A DNA stretch of 64,000 bases from Cyanidioschyzon merolae (taxonomy: Eukaryota), in NCBI GenBank assembly GCA_000091205.1, contig AP006492.2; one strand, written 5' to 3'. The position numbers were made by a program, and so were the translations under genes. The notes beneath the pieces were generated by a model. It saw only the letters and a list, made by a program, of their open reading frames with translations, searched no databases and was not told where the DNA came from. Positions within the stretch are counted from its first letter, which is position 1, and each line of letters begins with the position of its first letter. This document shows positions 12,343 to 21,879 of the stretch, piece after piece.

Positions 12343-15023
12343 AGCGATGTTACCAGCCCTCACACCAGTTCGCTTGGCCTTCGGCTAGGGGCGTCCAACA
12401 AACAAAACCGTTTGTAAGGTGCAAAGGTTACCACGACTATGAAACCAGGAGCGATACGCACACCGTAGCGCTGCTGTTGCGCTCGACAGCGTGTCCAGGT
12501 CGCTGGCCTCGAACAAACCCCGAGTACCTGCAGTGGCAACAACGCTGCGAAGTTGTGCAGAGCACTGTAGCTGCTGCGGACTCGAGTCCCAACGTTTCGT
12601 GGACGTTACCTTTTAGCTGACAGCGTCCCTGCTCACGTCCAGGGCAGGTCGAAACCAGGGTCAGTGAACGTGGGTGTTATACAGTCCAGTGTAGAAGCAG
12701 CGGTCTGCCGTGCGCTCTCAGGGCGCAAAAACAGCACCACTGCCCGCTAGCGCCAGTTCAACGCCTGGACGACCACTGTTCGCCGGGCGCCAAAAGCACT
12801 GTACCCAGGTGAGCGCTGCCGAACGGTACAGAAACCTGCGGATGAACGTTCGGAGACCGGAAGACCTAACAACTCTTCCAGTAAGCTGGATGCGTCGCGT
12901 GTCCACTGCAAGTGCCGGACGCAGCACACGCAGCAGGAGCGTTTCGCGGAAACAGCTCAAGTCGACTGCCGGTCGCTGTTGCTGTCGGGGAGAACTTGCC
13001 AGCTTTAAGTTTTTTTTTCGGTGAACCGGAGAAAACTTATGAGTCGTAACTATGTTTCCTTCCTGTAAAGATGGAGGCGGGGACGAACTGGAGCCGCAGC
13101 TGCCGCTGCACGCACTCAAGATCCCGGACTCGTGTACGCTACAGCTTGACAAGGCGGGCTTGGGCAAACGCGTCTCCAGAGACGCTCACTCCAGCAGCAT
13201 CAGTATCGAGCGGTCTAGAGCTTGCCTAGTTTCTCTTCGACGAAAGAAAGCGCCGGCGACTTGGTGTGCACGCGCTCATGGACGCTCCCAGAGCGATAAA
13301 GTGCGCTGCGTGTGCAGTGTTCCCGGCATCGAAACACCTTTTCACTTGATGTATCTGGAATGCAGCGATTCATGCAATTGCATCCGCATGTACCCCGAAT
13401 ACTGTTTCGGCATCCATATCAGACGATAATGGAACGAGTCCTTTGGGTCATTGGGAAATTCTAATTTGTTGGGTCTCTTTCCATTGTCATCAAAAGCAGC
13501 TTTTGCGAGCTGGTGCTGCAGCTACCTCCTTTTGCCTTTCATATCTCCGGCTTTCGAGTCGCCTATCTCTCCTATCCATGCAGCTCCATTGTTTTACCGG
13601 TCGAACGAGCTTGATGTCACCGTGAACCTCCGGATTTCGCATCTTCCGGCTGTAGTCCACGCTTCTGGTGGATTGGAGGATGTTGCAATCCTCATTTCGC
13701 TCGCCATTTTCAGTCTACGTTTATGTACAGCCTTGATACGCCCGTCGCAGCGGTGAAACTTGAAGATCATCAGTTGTTCGCACATATCTACAACACCTTC
13801 GACTCCTCTGCATGCTGCCCTGTCGAGTGGGACGCTTGCTGCATCCCTAGGTACATGCCTCTTGGCGAGTGAAGACGATTTTTTCAATATCCCTTTCCGT
13901 TTCGACGCCAAGCACCGTGCGCTAGAATCACGGGCTTCTTCTGGGTGACTCCCGCAGCGCGTACGTTGTCTGCCGCTTGGCCAAGCTCACGCTTTGCCTT
14001 TTCATGGACGAGTGGTGTAACGCGATGATGTGCACAGTCAAAAACGTTCTGTAAGGAGAATCCGCTCTGAATATATAGCGGAGAAATCTCGATCCGTATA
14101 CGCTAGCTTTACCCAAAGCAGTGACCCACGATTGACTGGAATCGATCTCTGCAATGACTCCAGTGCAATTCCGGGACCCTTGTCTGTGCCAGAAGAATAG
14201 CCAAGAGTCCTGGAAGCATATCCCCTATCAAGAATGATACTGAAGTAGACTTGGATTCCGTTGATAGGCGCCGAGCGAAGAGCACTTGTTTTTCAAATAC
14301 AATCGATGATTTGGCGTGCCATACTCATTGATGTTCAGAAACGAGCTCGTTCACAAGTCGTCCATGGACAACATCGAGCATCTTTCGTCGTCAGTCTAAC
14401 TTTGCGAGTTGCTGTGGCCATGAGCAGCCCAGAAACTGGAAGATGCAATCGCTGAAGAAAGCCTGATTTGCGCATGCTACACTAATGCAAAGCGGTAACG
14501 TGCGTAACCTTGAACGTATGAACTGGAAAGTGATAACGCTTCATTTACGAACCTCGAGTCGAGCGCGTCGCGATGCATCTTGATTCCGGTAACGTCCATA
14601 ACTTCAGCGGCAGCGCGTCGCATGCGGTATTCCGAAACAAAAACGATCAAGAAACCTGAAGCTACGCATGAAGCCCCAAACCCATCCAGCTGTACTTGTT
14701 CGTTCGAGGCTGCATATCTAGAAAAACGCCGTAAGAAATCGCAAGACCGGAAAGGATCCAACAGTGCACTGTTCCATTGTAATCTGACACGAGTCGAGAA
14801 GCGAGTAAGGTTCCAGGTTTTAGTACCGCGCAAGCAACACCATTCTCAATACGTTTGGCAAGACGTTGTTCGGCAGATCCTTCTCTCCCACAAGCGTACG
14901 AGTACTGGTTGCAACAACGGTACGCGAGTCGTTCTGCTGTGGTTGTCTTCTGACCTCGAAACTGCTCACTGGACCCGCCGCTCCGCTCCGTGCAAACCGC
15001 AAGAGGCGCGCGATCCACGAAAA

Positions 15024-16493
15024 ATGGCTTCGACATGCTGCTCCGCAACAGCAATCGACACAACGCAGATCGTCATTCTGGGCAGCGGGGGAGCAGCCAT
15101 GGCAGCAGCGATAACCGCTGCAGAGCGGGGTGCTCAAGTGCACGTGGTAGAGCGAGGTACCATAGGCGGCACGTGTGTGAACGTGGGCTGCATCCCGTCA
15201 AAACACCTCGTCCGATGCGGTCAACTGGAGCACTGGTGCGAACTGCACAAGCACCAAACCGTGTCCAACGCAGTGAACGGTTGTCCCTGTCCCGGTATGC
15301 TCGACGCCCCTAAACTGCGTACCGCTCGACAAGCGCTCGTAGAACAGCTTCGCTATCAAAAGTATGAGCGGGTGCTCGGTGAGAACCCCCGAATCACAAC
15401 TTGGCACGGAGAGGCGCGTTTTCACGATCCTCAGAGCGTCTGGGTACGAACCACTGCAGATGACGGCAGTCGTGTCGACACCCTGCTGCGCTTTGATCGT
15501 TGTCTGATTGCTGTGGGTGCTGCACCCTGCATACCGCCGATTGACGGACTCGCAGAGGTCCCTTTCTGGACGTCAACGGAAGCACTGGCGAGCGACCAGA
15601 TACCGCGGAGACTCGCGGTCATCGGGTCGTCTGCTGTAGCGCTCGAACTGGCCCAGGCTTACGCACGTCTGGGTAGTCGCGTCTGGATCCTCGCTCGCCA
15701 TGGACTATGCACGCGAACTGACCCGCTCGTTGGCGATACACTGGGTGCGGCTCTGGTAAGTGACGGACGCATTGAGATCCGCTGCCATACTCGGGTCGAG
15801 CGGGTCCGGTATCGGGACGGCCTGTTCACGATGACGCTGGACTCGCAGGAAACGAGCGTGGAGGTAGACGCTTTGCTGGTTGCGTGTGGGAGACGTCCGA
15901 ACACTGCCGCACTGCAGCTCGATGCAGCTGGTGTGCACTGGGATGCGGCCTCGGGCACTGTCCCAGTCAACGATAGGATGCAGACGAATGTACCAAACAT
16001 ATACGCAGCAGGTGACTGTACGAACATGCCGCAGCTGGTGTATGTGGCGGCTGCAGCTGGTACCCGTGCCGCAATCCAGATGACCGGCGGTGACGCCAAA
16101 CTGGATTTGTCGCTGGTGCCTTGGGTGATCTTTACGGATCCACAGGTGGCGGCTGTGGGTCTCACAGAGGCGGAGGCACATGCGCTTGGTCTCCAGACGC
16201 AGGTGCGCACGCTCCCGGTCACGAATGTGCCACGGAGCATCGTGCACGGCGAAAAGTACGGATTTTTGAAAGTCGTCGCGGATATAACGAGCAAGCGTAT
16301 CCTGGGGGCTCAGGCGGTGGCATCGGAAGCCAGCGACATGATTGCCACCGTCGCGGTTGCCATGCGCGGTGGTCTAACTGTCCCGGATCTGGCGGAGCTG
16401 TTGATACCATACCTCACCGCGAGCGAGGCAGTCAAGCTGGTTGCCCAGTCATTCACGCGTGATGTCCAGAAGCTGTCGTGCTGCGCTGGCTAG
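15024..16493 (+). CDS. merA: Mercuric reductase (MerA core, FAD/NAD(P) pyridine nucleotide-disulfide oxidoreductase) without the NmerA metal-binding domain
   Basis: 489 aa from the ATG at 15024. GSGGAAMAAA, ERGTIGGTCVNVGCIPSK (redox-active CxxxxC), YQKYERVLGENP, WHGEARF, FDRCLIAVGA, PFWTSTEALASD, RLAVIGSSAVALELAQAYARLGS, PNIYAAGDCT, PQLVYVAAAAGTRAAIQMTGGDAKLDL, VIFTDPQVAAVG and the C-terminal ...DVQKLSCCAG-stop are near-collinear with recalled Tn501 MerA, including the C-terminal Cys-Cys pair. The track ORF starts at 14580, but its first 148 codons carry no homology. Confidence 0.85.
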   Translation: MASTCCSATAIDTTQIVILGSGGAAMAAAITAAERGAQVHVVERGTIGGTCVNVGCIPSKHLVRCGQLEHWCELHKHQTVSNAVNGCPCPGMLDAPKLRTARQALVEQLRYQKYERVLGENPRITTWHGEARFHDPQSVWVRTTADDGSRVDTLLRFDRCLIAVGAAPCIPPIDGLAEVPFWTSTEALASDQIPRRLAVIGSSAVALELAQAYARLGSRVWILARHGLCTRTDPLVGDTLGAALVSDGRIEIRCHTRVERVRYRDGLFTMTLDSQETSVEVDALLVACGRRPNTAALQLDAAGVHWDAASGTVPVNDRMQTNVPNIYAAGDCTNMPQLVYVAAAAGTRAAIQMTGGDAKLDLSLVPWVIFTDPQVAAVGLTEAEAHALGLQTQVRTLPVTNVPRSIVHGEKYGFLKVVADITSKRILGAQAVASEASDMIATVAVAMRGGLTVPDLAELLIPYLTASEAVKLVAQSFTRDVQKLSCCAG

Positions 16494-16700
16494 CACCCCG
16501 ATAACTAGTCCCTGATCCGCCCAATGCGATTCTTGTTGGAAATATGCGACCAGGCATACCTGGTTTCCAGTGCATGCTGCGCCAGCTGTTGACGCCAACG
16601 CCCTGGATACGTGGGATTCGCCATCAAACCGAGTCCAAGGCGGTATCCGTAAATCCGTTCGTTTTCAAACCTAAAAGTCTGGAAATGTTTCAAGTAGTAT

Positions 16701-16788
16701 CGACGGCACTGAGGAGCGTCGCACACACGCGCATCCCAACTGGAGTCGCGTACGGGCGACGCGTGTGCGACGCTCCTCAGTGCCGCCT
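16701..16788. repeat. Perfect ~24-bp inverted repeat (hairpin) with a ~30-nt spacer, ~210 bp downstream of the merA stop
   Basis: cggcactgaggagcgtcgcacac(acgcg) at 16704-16731 pairs with (gacgc)gtgtgcgacgctcctcagtgccg at 16758-16786. The mirrored small ORFs on both strands (…ALRSVAH… / …RVCDAPQCR…) reflect this palindrome. Confidence 0.7.
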
Positions 16789-17183
16789 TGTTTGCATCGG
16801 CCAACTGTGCAGTGCCGGCCTGCGACGTACATTAGTATCGTATCGCATCGTATCGTGGCTAGGCTAGGCGAGGCGAAGGACAATGCTTGATGGTGCTCCA
16901 TCGGTGCATCCAAGAGGCTCCCCATGCAGCGCGTTCTCGTTCAATGATCAAGCACGAGGCCTCGTGCCCTTTGAAGACGCTTCAACAAAACCCACATCCA
17001 CCGGTTCAGTCTTCCTGTCGAGCGTAGAAGCGACGCTTTCGACACGCTGCGGTCGCCAACTTGCCGTATCGTGCACCCTGCCTCATATCGCATAGAGTCC
17101 CGAAGCGCTAGACGTTCGCATACGCATCCGGTTGCCTCGAATACAACGCAGCTGTTGGTGGAACGCTACGCTCGCGATACCAG

Positions 17184-18383
17184 TCAAGGAAGAAGCCGAC
17201 GCTCGCCGCGCACCACGCCGTGGTCTGTAAATATCCGAATACCGTGCGTTTCGCTGATTTCAAGCACCTCGCAAGCGCCACCATACGCGGCACTCATGCC
17301 CGTGTCGACACGCCACACGCGACCCCGACACGCTCCATTGATGACGACTTGCGGTGTATGGCCTACAACCATGCGTCGTACACCAGCGCGGCGCAACGTC
17401 TCCTCGAGCTCGCGACAAGCGTCCGAGTCAGAACGCAAATGCGGCGCCGAGTATGTTCGCATCCATACCGGGGAGCGCGAGCCCTTCAGGAACTCTGGCT
17501 TAGATGAGACGTCTGCTGCTGCTGCTGCTGCTGCTGCTGTGGAGCCAAAGCGCGCAACCCCGACTCTGGGGACACTTTCGGTGATGCGCGGTATCGTGGC
17601 CTTCCAGGGATTCATCGGCAGCCGTGTCGACCATGCCGCTGCCGCACGTCGCTCCATCCAGGCACGAGTCTCGGCGTTGAGCCGCTCGAGGCCATACGCC
17701 ACGTGATCCGGACGCAGGCCACCGTGCACAAACAACGTGTCGCCAATGATCAGCACGAGCTGTCCGCGTTCCGCCAAAAGTCGGGCGGTTGGGCACCCCG
17801 GAGCAAGCGCCATCGCGCGGGCACGCTGCTCTCGGGGTAGCGCCTTGACGCGCTGACGCAGCACCGGCGGCAACTCTCGGTAGGCCTTCTCGAGGGCGCG
17901 ACCGGCGAGCTCCCAGTCCCGCCGACGGAACTCGGCAAAACCACCAGGCGTCACGTATCGAAAGTCCAGGTCTACATTCATGACCTCGTGATTTCCGAGC
18001 AGTCGATAGACGGCGCCGCCACGCTCACGCGCTTGCCTGTCGAGGGTGTCGAGAAAGTGCAAGACTGCCCGCTCAGCGTCGCCACGATCGAAGACGTCGC
18101 CGACTTGCACCACGACGGCATCCCCACCGATCCACTCACCATTTTCATTGATCACATTCGCCAGCGATAAACACTTTCGCAACGAAGCCAAGTCACCGTG
18201 AACGTCACCGAGCGCCAGGAGCCTGCGTACGGCGGGGCGGCGTACGCTGGGGCCAGCTGCCGTCACCCGCGCGAACGCTGGGCGCACTTTCCACAACGAA
18301 GCGAGCACATCTGCTCGCAAACGGTGCAAGGCATCTTCACAAGTTCGCTTCCAGTCCACCAGGGTAAGTCCGGCAGATGCCAT
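17184..18383 (-). CDS. PPP-family Ser/Thr phosphoprotein phosphatase, Shewanella-like (SLP) / calcineurin-like metallophosphoesterase
   Basis: 399 aa, ATG confirmed. Carries the GDVHGD, GDVFDRGD and GNHE motifs (GDxHG / GDxxDRG / GNHE). Includes a poly-Ala run encoded by (GCT)9 at 17513-17539. Confidence 0.7.
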   Translation of the reverse strand: MASAGLTLVDWKRTCEDALHRLRADVLASLWKVRPAFARVTAAGPSVRRPAVRRLLALGDVHGDLASLRKCLSLANVINENGEWIGGDAVVVQVGDVFDRGDAERAVLHFLDTLDRQARERGGAVYRLLGNHEVMNVDLDFRYVTPGGFAEFRRRDWELAGRALEKAYRELPPVLRQRVKALPREQRARAMALAPGCPTARLLAERGQLVLIIGDTLFVHGGLRPDHVAYGLERLNAETRAWMERRAAAAWSTRLPMNPWKATIPRITESVPRVGVARFGSTAAAAAAAADVSSKPEFLKGSRSPVWMRTYSAPHLRSDSDACRELEETLRRAGVRRMVVGHTPQVVINGACRGRVWRVDTGMSAAYGGACEVLEISETHGIRIFTDHGVVRGERRLLP

Positions 18384-19627
18384 GCGCTCGATTCTTCAAA
18401 AAAGAAAACGGTTCAGCAAGGCGAGAGCACTGGCGGCGTCTCTGGGCTCTCGCAAACCGCTCACGCCGTCCGTAGGTGTAGCAAGTGACCAATTCTTCGA
18501 AAATTCCAAGAGCAATTCGTCTAGTTAGAGGCTAGTGGATGCGTGGTTGTCGTCGGCAACCAGCCTCGAGACCTCGTTCGTCTCTGGAAGCCGCCCTCTT
18601 TGCACAAGCCCCAAGCAAACCCTTCGTCAAGGATGAGATGCACTGCCTGCAGCGTGCTGTGAACGATGTGCAGCGAAGGGCACGCGTCCCGCTGAGGCCG
18701 CCGTCTATTGACGGCTATGCAGGCAGAGCGTATCTCCGTTTTGCTCTTTGAAGGTTCGTTGAACCTAACCAGCGATTCCGGACTGTGTCATCAATGGGAG
18801 CGTTTAGAGAAACAGCCAGGATGAAACTCGATATCTCCGAATTCGAAATTGCACGACCCGGGCTTGTCTTCGGACGCCAGACTGCTTTTAGGAAATACTG
18901 GGGTGAAGCGGCGCTAGCGTCGAGCGACGTACATGGAGCGGGTAACGGGCTGCTCACAGAACGTGGTAATTAGATCCGGCCTCTATTCTAGACCGGAGCA
19001 CGGTCTGCGGGCCCTGGAACGATATGACGTCTGCTACCAAAGAATGCTGTCGCCTGCTTGATAGCCGCCAGCACGCACGTATCCAGAGGATTCCGGCATG
19101 ACACTCTGGATCCGCACAACTGGAGCATCGTGGCGGTACGCGCCGAGAACGCCCCCGGGAACGGCTTCGCACTGCCGCCTGACGCAACTGCTGCGCAGCG
19201 GGACTTCACCGCATACGATGCACAGAGACGCATGGAGCACGCGCAATGCACGCCTGTGAACCGCTGGTCACACCATGGATACTATGCTTTATCCGGGAGC
19301 AAACCATAGCCTGAATGGACGCCGCAGGGTGCTGATTTCTGGGTCCCGTCGAGAATCGCAGCCGGGAACGTCGCTCGGTGGTGCCAGGCAGGCGCCGGAA
19401 CGCGTCCAACAGGAGCGCGCCTTTCGCGCACGCATGGCGATGCTTGCACCGCAGGCGCCATCGCCATCAAAAAGAGGTAAAAGAGACAAAATGGTCGCTA
19501 TGTCGACTGTCATCAGAAAGAGAAATACATAGATAAAACGGTCGCTACGGCGATCAAAACCAGAAACCCAAAAACGACGGTTGTCATGCGTTCGTAGCGC
19601 GGCGGACACGCGCTCGAAGCGCCGGCG

Positions 19628-21568
19628 ATGGATGCATTGCATACCGCAGGCGGTTGCTCCAGCAGGAACGTTCGTCGCAGCGTGCCAGCACAGCGCACTA
19701 GGAGGTCGTGTTTCTTTTCCTCTCGACGACAAGGTCATATGCACTCCGCTTTACAACCAGCCGCACAGCCGTGTTTTATCCTGGCGCCCGGTTTGACCAG
19801 TAACCGAAATGGGTTGACGCGTGCTTCGTGCGCGCACGAGCTGCGGCGAGCGCCTTGCGTCTGGCTCGCAAGGCGTCGCTTTCCCCGGCAAACAGCAGGC
19901 CCACAGCACGATGCAAGTTGTCTGGTGCCAAGCTTTCATCGACAGGAACTCCATCGCCAACGAGTTGTTGCGCTATCGCGCCGTCGTACGAAGCGCACTG
20001 CCCCACTAGACATAGTGGCTGAGCGAAGCGACTCGGGCAACGCCCAGGCCGTTTCCGGAACCCAGTTTCAGCAGGAAGCGACTCCGACAGGCGCTCCCGG
20101 CAAGGTCTATGACCGTGTCGTGTGCAAGTTTGGTGGCTCTTCTGTCGCCGACGCGGAACGTATGCGTGAGGTAGCGCGACTTGTGCGGCGTCAGATTGAG
20201 CTGTCCCGCCAGTACCCAGTGGTGGTGCTGTCGGCGATGGGCTCGACCACAAACGACCTCATTGCCGCCGGAGACGCCGCACTTTACGAAGGTATCGTTG
20301 ACTCGACAGTGGTCCGAAACCGCGCCTACGCGGTCTGTGATGCTCTCGGCCTGGACCGGGAGGCGCTCGTGGACCCCCTGCTCATGCAACTGGACCAGCT
20401 GCTCATGGGTGTCAAGTTCATTCGGGAGCTCTCGCCGCGAACCCGAGACTACCTGGTCTCGTTTGGCGAGCGGCTTTCGGTTCGCATTTTCGCAGCGCAT
20501 CTGCTGTACAATGAAGGACTACCTGCACGCGCCTTCGATGCGTTTGACGTCGGCTTTCGAACGGACTCGAATTTTCAGAATGCGGAGATCCTCGAAGAGA
20601 CCTACGACCTTATCCGAAGCTTTTTCGAGCGGGTTGTAAGCAACCAGACCCTAGCGGTGATCACCGGTTTTATTGCGAAGGACAATGAGGGTCACGTTAC
20701 CACTCTGGGGCGCGGAGGCTCCGACTTGACTGCCACCACGCTGGGTGCAGCGCTGGGCGCCACCGAAGTCCAAGTCTGGAAGGACGTCGACGGTATCATG
20801 ACAACGGATCCGCGTCTAGTGCCGAATGCGATACCCGTGGCTGAAATGTCTTTCGAAGAAGCCGCCGAGCTCGCTTACTTTGGCGCCAAGGTTCTGCATC
20901 CGGTGGCGATGCAACCGGCGTTGCGCTTCAATATACCGGTGCGCGTGAAGAACTCGTACAATCCGGAAGCACCGGGCACTGTGATTCTTCGACGGGAGTC
21001 CGCGACCATGGATCGCCCTGTCACAGCGCTCAGCGTGAAACGCGGAGTCCAGTTGGTGGATATTGTATCCACGCGTATGGTCGGTGCATACGGTTTTCTG
21101 GCGCGGGTGTTCGCGTGCTTCGCGACCCACCAGTTAAGCGTGGACGTTATCGCTACATCGGAAGTGAGCCTATCGCTGACACTGGACGCAAACGCCTGCG
21201 ATATGACGCGGCAGCAGCGCATCATTAAGGAACTGCAACAGATCGCACAGGTGAGCTTCAGCTCCGGACGCGCCATCATTAGCATCATCAGCAACGTTCG
21301 GCGGAGTAGCGAAATTCTGGCCAGAGCGATGAAAGTGCTCCACGAGCAGAACATCGAGGTACAAATGATATCCCAGGGAGCTTCCAAATTCAATATTAGC
21401 TTGGTAGTCCACAACGACGAAGCTATCACTGCAGTGCGCGCCTTGCACGATGAGTTCTTCCATTGCTCGCCGTCGGCAAGCAACGGAACGTCGACGTCGG
21501 CGACGGCAGCAGCAGCTGCTGCAGCAGCAGCGAACGCAGACGGCGTCCGCGTCGCGGGTGCCGCTTGA
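19628..21568 (+). CDS. Aspartate kinase (monofunctional; C-terminal ACT-domain region) with a ~150-aa N-terminal extension, likely an organellar presequence
   Basis: 646 aa, ATG at 19628. KVYDRVVCKFGGSSVADAERM (the KFGGxSV ATP-binding signature), VVVLSAMGSTTNDL, and a C-terminal regulatory region ...ISLVVHNDEAITAVRALHDEFF. Homology starts near residue 150, preceded by an Arg/Ser-rich segment. Poly-Ala at the C-terminus. Confidence 0.8.
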   Translation: MDALHTAGGCSSRNVRRSVPAQRTRRSCFFSSRRQGHMHSALQPAAQPCFILAPGLTSNRNGLTRASCAHELRRAPCVWLARRRFPRQTAGPQHDASCLVPSFHRQELHRQRVVALSRRRTKRTAPLDIVAERSDSGNAQAVSGTQFQQEATPTGAPGKVYDRVVCKFGGSSVADAERMREVARLVRRQIELSRQYPVVVLSAMGSTTNDLIAAGDAALYEGIVDSTVVRNRAYAVCDALGLDREALVDPLLMQLDQLLMGVKFIRELSPRTRDYLVSFGERLSVRIFAAHLLYNEGLPARAFDAFDVGFRTDSNFQNAEILEETYDLIRSFFERVVSNQTLAVITGFIAKDNEGHVTTLGRGGSDLTATTLGAALGATEVQVWKDVDGIMTTDPRLVPNAIPVAEMSFEEAAELAYFGAKVLHPVAMQPALRFNIPVRVKNSYNPEAPGTVILRRESATMDRPVTALSVKRGVQLVDIVSTRMVGAYGFLARVFACFATHQLSVDVIATSEVSLSLTLDANACDMTRQQRIIKELQQIAQVSFSSGRAIISIISNVRRSSEILARAMKVLHEQNIEVQMISQGASKFNISLVVHNDEAITAVRALHDEFFHCSPSASNGTSTSATAAAAAAAAANADGVRVAGAA

Positions 21569-21879
21569 GAAGTAGCACCAGGTAGCGCGCTACGGCGGTA
21601 GAGGTGCGCGACGCCACCTCGCGTGGCACGCCCGTTGTTGACCCAATCGATAGGAACGATCGGATAAACTCTGACTTGATCGCACGATGCGGGTGTTCGC
21701 TCGTTTGTAGCCGAGCAGCAGTGAGCGTCAATCGATGCAGCGCGTGACGCGCGACGCAACACGCAGTTGATGCGCTGGGTGAATCGGACGCGCTACGTCA
21801 CTGTGCGGTGAAGCGGCACGTACACAGATGTTCCAGAGAAAGCGCACTGAACGCCGGCCAGCTTCAGACATGATGTCAT

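Noticed and set aside
10860-12388. Several 100-240-aa plus-strand ORFs (for example 11198..11923)
   Set aside because: They are antisense or alternative frames of the CNOT2-like gene's low-complexity Ala/Gly/Ser region.
14580-15023. 148-codon N-terminal extension of the merA ORF in the track
   Set aside because: It carries no MerA or NmerA homology (no GMTCxxC), and the track permits non-ATG starts. The MerA core begins cleanly at the ATG at 15024.
15659-16294. 211-aa and 180-aa minus-strand ORFs
   Set aside because: They are antisense to merA.
12400-17180. Search for accessory mer genes (merR/merT/merP) or an operon structure around merA
   Set aside because: Flanking ORFs are short, lack metal-binding CxxC motifs, and overlap on both strands like noise. 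The neighbours are eukaryotic genes.
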